Shown here one piece after another: positions 55,915 to 64,000 of a DNA stretch of 64,000 nucleotides. Location: contig CATNEN010000001.1 of assembly GCA_950097015.1 (NCBI GenBank), positions 11,222,001-11,286,000 on the forward strand, written 5' to 3'. The notes below the pieces were generated by a model. The model ran no database searches. It was not told where the DNA came from and was given only the letters and a program-made list of their open reading frames with translations. The position numbers and the translations under genes were made by a program. The stretch comes from Macrostomum hystrix (Eukaryota; Animalia; Platyhelminthes). Each line of letters begins with the position of its first letter. Position 1 is the stretch's first letter.

Positions 55915-57160
55915 TGACTATGAGACTCGGTAGGATCAATTTTTGAGACTGGGTGAGATCGGTTTACGAGAATAAGACTAGGTGTAATAGACTAGGAGAC
56001 TGGGTGAGATAGACTATGAGACTGGGTGAGACAGCTACTATGAGACTGGGTGAGATAGACTATGAGACTGGGTGAGACAGACTATGAGACTCGGTGACAC
56101 AGACTATGAGACTCGGTGAGACAGACTATGAGACTCGGTGAGACAGACTATGAGACTCGGTGAGACAGATTATGAGACTCGGTGAGACAGACTATGAGAC
56201 TGGGTGAGACAGACTATGAGACTGGGTGAGACAGACTATGAGACTCCGTGAGACAGACTATGAGACTGGGTGAGACAGACTATGAGACTGGGTGAGACAG
56301 ACTATGAGACTCGGTGAGACAGACTATGAAACTGGGTGAGACAGACTATGAGACTCGGTGAGACAGACTATGAGACTCGGTGAGACAGACTATGAGACTC
56401 GGTGAGACAGACTATGAGACTCGGTGAGACAGATTATGAGACTCGGTGAGACAGACTATGAGACTCGGTGAGACAGACTATGAGACTGGGTGAGACAGAC
56501 TATGAGACTCGGTGAGACAGACTATGAGACTCGGTGAGACAGACTATGAGACTCGGTGAGACAGACTATGAGACTTGGGTGAGATAGACTATGAGACTGG
56601 GTGAGACAGCTACTATGAGACTGGGTGAGATAGACTATGAGACTGGGTGAGACAGACTATGAGACTCGGTGAGACAGACTATGAGACTCGGTGAGACAGA
56701 CTATGAGACTCGGTGAGACAGACTATGAGACTTGGTGAGACAGACTATGAGACTCGGTGAGACAGACTATGCGACTGGGTGAGACAGACTATGAGACTCC
56801 GTGAGACAGACTATGAGACTGGGTGAGACAGACTATGAGACTCGGTGAGACAGACTATGAGACTGGGTGAGACAGACTATGAGACTCGGTGAGACAGACT
56901 ATGAGACTGGGTGAGACAGACTATGAGACTGGGTGAGACAGACTATGAGACTGGGTGAGACAGACTATGAGACTCGGTGAGACAGACTATGAGACTCGGT
57001 GAGACAGACTATGAGACTCGGTGAGACAGATTATGAGACTGGGTGAGACAGACTATGAGACTGGGTGAGACAGACTATGAGACTGGGTGAGACAGACTAT
57101 GAGACTGGGTGAGACAGACTATGAGACTCGGTGAGACAGACTATGAGACTCGGTGAGACA
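55915..57160. repeat. 22-bp minisatellite (GACTATGAGACTCGGTGAGACA)
   Basis: About 55 copies. Confidence 0.95.
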
Positions 57161-57363
57161 AACCCAGTTATTTGCATGCGTGCAACGTTTCTAAAACTTC
57201 AACCAGTATATTGTGTTGTTAAGGAAAATTAGCAAATAAATATCTGCAGTATTTGCATGCAAACAGAAAAATGTAAACACAGTGCGTACTGCAGAACTGC
57301 AGGTGTAAGTAGGTGCAGATGTGAGGACCTATACTTAGGTGTCAGATGTATGCTCAACACAGC

Positions 57364-57660
57364 TCACAGAAAGTCGCACACACTAGAATTCGTGCACATC
57401 AGAGCAGGACAGCAGACACTTCCAGACTTCCAAGGAATGTTGTCACCCATCTCTGGCGTGGCGGTCAGCTTGCAGGCCTCATTCAGTCTGCGACAGTGCG
57501 AATACCATCGGTTCTTTTGTTTGAAAGTCCGAACGGAATCCATTGGGGTGTAAGAACAGGCTGTCACAGAGGTGACGCTTAAAATGCAGACGAAACAAAT
57601 TGTATAAAATGCTATCTTTTGTGGCGACAACCAACTTTTGGGGTGATTTTTAGAAGACAT
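57364..57660 (-). CDS. Putative secreted cysteine-rich knottin (ICK-like) peptide precursor
   Basis: ATG 57660; hydrophobic IAFYTICFVCILSVTSVTA; C-terminal C-x6-C-x19-CC-x4-C-x5-C. A donor-like ct|gtgagc overlaps the stop, so the 3' end may splice. Confidence 0.55.
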   Translation of the reverse strand: MSSKNHPKSWLSPQKIAFYTICFVCILSVTSVTACSYTPMDSVRTFKQKNRWYSHCRRLNEACKLTATPEMGDNIPWKSGSVCCPALMCTNSSVCDFL

Positions 57661-57821
57661 ATCGATGATAAAGTTGTGTTTTGCACACCCATGAATCTTG
57701 TCAGACTCATAAAACTGTTAAAGGTTCAACAAAAGCCATAGACAGGCGTAAAGCATTTAGACAATTTGGCAAAAATCACTTTAATAGTGCGACCGATATA
57801 TCGCAAAATGCAGAATTAGAA

Positions 57822-58861
57822 TAGCTTTTGCCATTCAATCTCAGTGTTTTGTCATTCATACTCAGCCCCTATAGAATTAGTCCAGCCAGTTGGCGCCGTT
57901 TGGCCCATAGACTATCGCTCCGTGCCATTCAATCTCGGGTTTTGTTATTCAAACTCAGGCTTTAATGTGGAGAAGGAATGTGGATAAGGAATGAACAGGT
58001 TATTATTCCTCAGCTCGGCTCATGTAACACAGGACCGAAAAACAGACTTGTTAAACTTGTTAAACATAATGCAGTTCATACACATTACAAGTCAAACACC
58101 TCTAGCATCATAGTGAGGAACATACGGATTTGAGCGGAATTGTTAATGTCTTGGATCAGAATAGGGACTCAGAGAAAATGAATTTGCATAATGCACCGTG
58201 GATACAGTCGGCTGCAGGCAATCTCCCAGTTTGCGGCCTTCAGAGGCGTCAGAGTGTCCAGTGCAACGTGGCCCAGGCGCTCCATGTAAGCATATGGCCC
58301 ATGTAAGCTGGGCGATGTAAGCAAATGCTATGGAATAAATTTGTAATTTAGCTGTCTTTGGGAGGACTGCGTTTGAGAGACCGAGCTTATAAAGCCTGAG
58401 TTTGAATAACAAAACCCGAGATTGAATGGCACAGTGCGATAGTCTATGGGCCAAACCGCGCCAACAACAACAACAACAACAAAATACGCAAGCCCCAAAC
58501 GTCAGGGAGGCGGCGTCAAATGATGCGCCGCAGAGCCAGCGCGCGAACATGGTCCGCGCCGGTGGCAGTGTCGGGCGCCCTGGCGTCGCTCAGCAGGCAG
58601 TCGACGTAGCGGCGGGTCCGAGCCTGGCCGCGCCTGAACGGGCCCTGCAGGGTGAGCAGAAGGACGTCCTGGGCGGGCTGGCGGCAGTAGCTTTCGGCCC
58701 GAATGACGTGGCCCGCTAGTCGAAGTCGTCGCTGGCGCAGGATGGTGGACGGGCGTTGCAGCTGAGCTCTCTCGTACAGAGCCTCCGTCCCGACTGGCTG
58801 GATTAATTCTATGAGGGCTGAGTATGAATGACAAAACACTGAGATTGAACGGCAAAAGCTA
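57822..58861. mobile_element. Non-autonomous DNA transposon with ~140-bp IR/DR terminal inverted repeats, TA-flanked
   Basis: Left TIR 57824-57963 is the near-exact reverse complement of 58391-58465 plus 58795-58859. Each TIR has two ~38-bp direct repeats starting TGCCATTCAATCTC; TA on both sides; no transposase inside. Confidence 0.85.
58462..58794 (-). mobile_element. 5'-truncated RTE-clade-like LINE (ORF C-terminus, 3' UTR, (TTG)n tail) inserted in the right TIR
   Basis: LYERAQLQRPSTILRQRRLRLAGHVIR...LQGPFRRGQARTRRYVD resembles the RRLRWxGHVxR...GxRxxGRPxxxWxD end of RTE ORFs; stop 58516; (AAC)n on + at 58463-58481. Confidence 0.8.
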
Positions 58862-59732
58862 TATATCCGTGTATATATCAAGGACCACTAGAAGAAGAAG
58901 GACGGGACACTTCGTTTCTTGGAAAATTTAGTAAAGGCAGATTTTCACGGAAAAAATGCACTGGCGAGATAGAAACTTTTCTTCACGTTTTTTCACATCA
59001 AAATGTCTAAATAGGTGACCATCATGCAGTCAGAAATAACATCGCTTACATTGGTTCAGTCAAAATCTAGATTTACCTTAAAATGGAAATCTTTCATATA
59101 CTGTGCGTTTTGCGAATCATCAGCTTATGCATTATAGTTATAAATGCATATGATGTGCATGCCCGAAAAAAGTTTTGTCTCCAAAAGATACAGTAAATAC
59201 ATGCTTATAACTGTTGAATGGTAGCAATAAATGGCAGGAATGTTTTAATTGTAAATTAATTTAGTTTTTTCAATGAGCCACTAACTTTTAAAAAGTATGG
59301 ATACTTTTTAAACGTTTGAGATTAACAATTGCCTTAATCTTTAAATAATTAGGCCATCTAGTGTCGTTCCATTGCCGTTGCAGCAACACGATACTCCAAT
59401 AAAGTTTTGAGTAATAGTATTTTAGAGAATAAAATTGGATCCTTACTAATTATGCATAATTTATCAGCAAAAGAATATTATATTTTTTTAGTTGAATGGT
59501 TTAGTTACGTTTGTTTTATCAAGTTTACTCCTAATGTTTCCCTCCCTTTCTTCGCGCAAATTTGACTACAATAGCTTATTGTTTTTTCAGCTGATGTCCG
59601 AAAAACTGTAGAATAGTTACCTAACATAGTTACATATCCTACTTTCCGATTGTGTGCTAATTGTATGCCCTAAGAAGCTATTGTGTGTATTTTTAATTTA
59701 TGTTATTCCCATCGGGGCAAATATAAGTGAAT

Positions 59733-62700
59733 ATGGGTGAGAGCCCTCAACATTCACTGCTGCAAAATGATGTTGAGCTGGACAAAATTTTTGATGTTTT
59801 GGATGAAGAAAACGTTGGATATATTACAGTAAACAAGTTCACTCAGGCATTATACTCATTCATTCCAAACGAGTTTCCTCATGATGTAAGTATCCTTCTT
59901 TGGACGATATTTTCCATATACTGTTGTTTTTAATTGAGAGCTAGTATTTTCATATATCTATCATACTAAGTCAAATTCATTACGTAATGAGTTTTAATTC
60001 TTTATAAAAAATAAATATTTTAATAGAATTGTAAGAGTTCCACAATGTCGAAATATACATGTATTTAAAATTGAGCAGACATATTTTAGTTAACTTTTTC
60101 CCCACTACAATGGCACTTAGATTGAATGAATAAAGCACTGTCAGGGTTTTTTATTTTAAATATTGCGTGGCTCAGTTGTTTTATCACTCGGCCACTTTAA
60201 AATATTAGTTAACTAATAACAAATAAAATAAATTAAAAATAAAATAAAATAATAAATTGTGATATAATTAATTTTCATATAAATAAGAATAATATAACAA
60301 TAAATAACTAAATGTTATCCTCAACCATACACATTAGAAGCTGACCTCTTTACTGGATCACTTGGATCCGCAAAACGATGGAAAGATCTATTTGAATGAC
60401 TTCAAGAAGGCTATTTCAAGACTGCAAATTCTGTCTGGTAAGTATGGTTTTAAAGATAAAAATGTATTATTGTTATTCTAGTGATCCAATGCACCAATAG
60501 ATCACACTTTTTTCCACAGAAGAATCCTTGAGGGGCAGTCACGGCAGCACTGGCAGCTTTGGCCCAGATGCCGTGACTCCTACAGCGGAGGATGAAGTCG
60601 AGATTGCCAAAGTCAATGTTGCTCTGAATGCATTCAATGGCGCACTGGTGAGTGCATGCTAGCTTACTAACTGTTTGACAATATTAAACAGTTTTTTATT
60701 TCCCCACCTTCAGAATTCATCTGCTGCTGCTGCTGCCGCTGCCGCCGCGGCATTTGATGAACTAGATGGAGCCATTTTGAGGCACGAGTCCTTAGACGAT
60801 GGCAAAATTATAACTGAAACTAGCAAGTGAGTGGTACATTGTCTATGGTTCAGGGGTAACATTGTTCAAGGGTAGGCAGCGAGATAAGATTGTTCTAGGG
60901 TAGGCAGCGAGATAAGATTGTTCTAGGGTAGGCAGCGAGATAAGATTGTTCTAGGGTAGTCAGGGAGATAAGATTGTTCTAGGGTAGTCAGGGAGATAAG
61001 ATTGTTCTATGGTAGGCAGCGAGATAAGATTGTTCTAGGGTAGTCAGCGAGATAAGATTGTTCTAGGGTAGTCAGCGAGATAAGATTGTTCTAGGGTAGT
61101 CAGGGAGATAAGATTGTTCTAGGGTAGGCAGCGAGATAAGATTGTTCTAGGGTAGGCAGCGAGATAAGATTGTTCTAGGGTAGGCAGCGAGATAAGATTG
61201 TTCTAGGGTGTCAGGGAGATTAAAATGTTTTAGGTTAGTTAGGGAGATTAGGCTGTAGATAAGATTTTTCGATTTCTAGGTAAGAAAATTAGGTTTTAGG
61301 TCAGTCTGTCAGAACTTTTGTGTAATATTGTCTCTTGAAGCTAATTTCTTTTTGCATTGCATAATCTACATAATCAAGCTTTTTAGTTTGTTTAATTTAA
61401 TTTCACGAAAATGAAAGTTTTGCGGGTGCCATCGCAACCGGCACGTGCCCTGGGTCAGTGTGTCACCCTGGGTCATTGTGTTTCACTAGGCGCACGCTGC
61501 TAATGAAACTCTACCCGAATAGGCTGAATTCCTGTTTTTATTTTGTATCTTTTATTTTGCTAATCAGCAGGTTAATTGAAATTCTAGATAAGGTGCGTCT
61601 AGCGACTGGACTAGATACCAAGTCAGCCAAAACAGCTATGTTTGCAGGCTTTAAATGTAGCTGCTCTTACTAGAAGAAATATTTATTCTAGGTTCTCGTT
61701 AAGCGTGTTTTTTAGCTTTTTGTTAACAACATTCTGTTTCTATTGCGTACTTGTCCTCTTCGCTATTCATGTTGGTGGGGAGTTCTGGTCAACATTTTCT
61801 GCTAACACTTTTTGTGATTTTTAGAAGATTAGATGAATAGATGCTGTTATTTTTATTTTTCTATTTACTCCCTCAATTCCACCACCCAGTTCACACCTAC
61901 CTCACTCCAGCTAGCTAATTAGCCCCTCAATTCCACCACCCAGTTCACACCTACCTCACTCCAGCTAGCTAATTAGCCCCTCAATTCCACCACACAGTTC
62001 ACACCTACCTCACTCCAGCTAGCTAATTAGCCCCTCAATTCCACCACCCAGTTCACACCTACCTCACTCCAGCTAGCTAATTATAGCCCCTCAATTCCAC
62101 CACCCAGTTCACACCTACCTCACTCCAGCTAGCTAATTATAGCCCCTCAATTCCACCACACAGTTCACACCTACCTCACTCCAGCTAGCTAATTATAGCC
62201 CCTCAATTCCACCACCCAGTTCACACCTACCTCACTCCAGCTAGCTAACTATAGCCCCTCAATTCCACCACCCAGTTCACACCTACCTCACTCCAGCTAG
62301 CTAACTATAGCCCCTCAATTCCACCACCCAGTTCACACCTACCTCACTCCAGCTAGCTAATTAGCCCCCTCAATTCCACCACACAGTTCACACCTACCTC
62401 ACTCCAGCTAGCTAATTAGCCCCCTCAATTCCACCACCAAGTTCATACCTACCTCACTCCAGCTAGCTAAATAGCCCCATCAATTCCACCACCAAGTTCA
62501 TACCTACCTCACTCCAGCTAGCTAAATAGCCCCCTCAATTCCACCACCAAGTTCATACCTACCTCACTCCAGCTAGCTAAATAGCCCCCTCAATTCCACC
62601 ACCAAGTTCATACCTACCTCACTCCAGCTAGCTAATTAGCCCCCTCAATTCCACCACCAAGTTCATACCTACCTCACTCCAGCTAGCTAAATAGCCCCCT

Positions 62701-63173
62701 CAATTCCACCACCAAGTTCATACCTACCTCACTCCAGCTAGCTAAATAGCCCCATCAATTCCACCACCAAGTTCATACCTACCTCACTCCAGCTAGCTAA
62801 TTAGCCCCCTCAATTCCACCACCCAGTTCATACCTACCTCACTCCAGCTAGCTAATTAGCCCCCTCAATTCCACCACCCAGTTCACACCTACCTCACTCC
62901 AGCTAGCTAATTATAGCCCCTCAATTCCACCACCCAGTTCACACCTTCCTCACTCTAATCTCATATAAATATGAAAGCCGTATATTCGGTTGTATAGTCT
63001 AGTCTATTGCTTGCTACCGTTCACAAGCTGTAAGAGAGGCCCTTATAAATATTTTCCAGCGATGAAGAACCAGTTGATGCGGAAGCCCAATTTGCAACTG
63101 GTAGATTTCGCAGAAAACACCTGCTATCGATGCCCAGTTCGCCATACTATTTTATAACTGCACCCTTGACTAA
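59733..63173 (+). CDS. EF-hand protein, N-terminus resembling Rab11-FIP3/FIP4 (nuclear fallout); probably continues beyond window
   Basis: Exons 59733-59885, 60338-60437, 60520-60647, 60714-60826, 63060-63173, phases consistent. LDKIFDVLDEENVGYITVNKF and LDHLDPQNDGKIYLNDFKKAI form an EF-hand pair. The Rab11-binding domain is not seen, so the family call is tentative. Confidence 0.7.
60867..61220. repeat. 28-bp minisatellite (AGGGTAGGCAGCGAGATAAGATTGTTCT)
   Basis: About 12 copies. Confidence 0.95.
61870..62956. repeat. 54-56-bp minisatellite (CCCCTCAATTCCACCACCCAGTTCACACCTACCTCACTCCAGCTAGCTAATTAG)
   Basis: About 20 copies. Confidence 0.95.
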
Positions 63174-64000
63174 GTAAGACCTTGTCCCTATTCAAGTGCG
63201 GTTGCATGCTAATATAATTCTGGTGCCCGGAAAACAAACAATTTCTTTCCGGCTTTAATTTGTTTTACTCTTCAATCGAAATCATGGACTTTATTCATTA
63301 ACATTTTTGAGCACGCTTTTCTAACTGATAGGTAAGAGTAAATTCTAAACATCTCAACAGAAAACAAATGAGGTCACATATAAAAGCATATATTATTAGG
63401 TTTTTATTTTTGTTAGTCTAACGTCAACTTATATTATCGAGATCAAGCCTAAGTATATTCTATCGTAATTTGCTAATCATATCGGCCTGAGTTGATTCAA
63501 GCTCTCCTTATCTATTTACTTTTATTTTTATTGGCTTACGAACTGTTCCGATAAGAGCATTTAGGGGGAATGCATAGTTTAATTAATAAGCTAATAGCTA
63601 AGCTACTTATAGTAACACCGAAGGCACACAAAGAGCAAAGCGAAAACCGGATTATAAGCAAGACTCGCACATAAAAAAATAGCCAGATTTAAAAAAAAAG
63701 ATTTTAAGATTTATAAATAAACTAACGGCACTAGCTTAACTCACGATCCAGAGTATAATTTCACAACTGTGTCAACTTAATTTTGAAAATGAAATCTAGT
63801 TTAAATTAGCTTGCACAAGTCAAGTTTATTACTTTGATTCGCACTTTCGCCATCAAAGGTGAACTGGCCCTCTCCCATTATCCTAATTCACACCTTCGCC
63901 ACAACAATTAGCGATTCCCCACAGCATTAATTCGCATCCTCGCATAACAATTATCAATTACCCACAACCCCAACCCTCGCGCACCAATTATCGATTCCCG

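Overview
Eukaryotic invertebrate genomic DNA with GT-AG introns, polyQ/polyA-rich exons and about 30 unrelated intronic or intergenic mini/microsatellite arrays. Almost all long ORFs in the supplied track are translations of these repeats and are not genes. Splicing by hand recovers: the 3' end of a DUF1295 gene, intronless Derlin-1 and NudE/NDEL1 (+); DYRK2, PFTAIRE/CDK14, an orphan 2-TM gene, a two-exon IL-17-like cytokine and DYRK4 (-); NK2.2 (+); a secreted knottin-like peptide (-); and the 5' part of an EF-hand Rab11-FIP3/4-like gene (+). Mobile DNA comprises a tRNA-headed SINE, a second copy of its structured 3' module, tRNA-like remnants, and an IR/DR non-autonomous DNA transposon interrupted by a truncated RTE-type LINE. 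The overall style suggests a free-living flatworm (Macrostomum-like), which is inference only. The best leads are: a NudE first exon with no initiator ATG that fits a spliced-leader-donated AUG; an IL-17-like gene with paired loss of a knot disulfide and kB-like sites next to its TATA box; a toxin-like ICK precursor; a structured SINE module; and two inverted satellite arrays in one DYRK4 intron. Exon boundaries were read manually, 5' ends are least certain, and no database searches were run.
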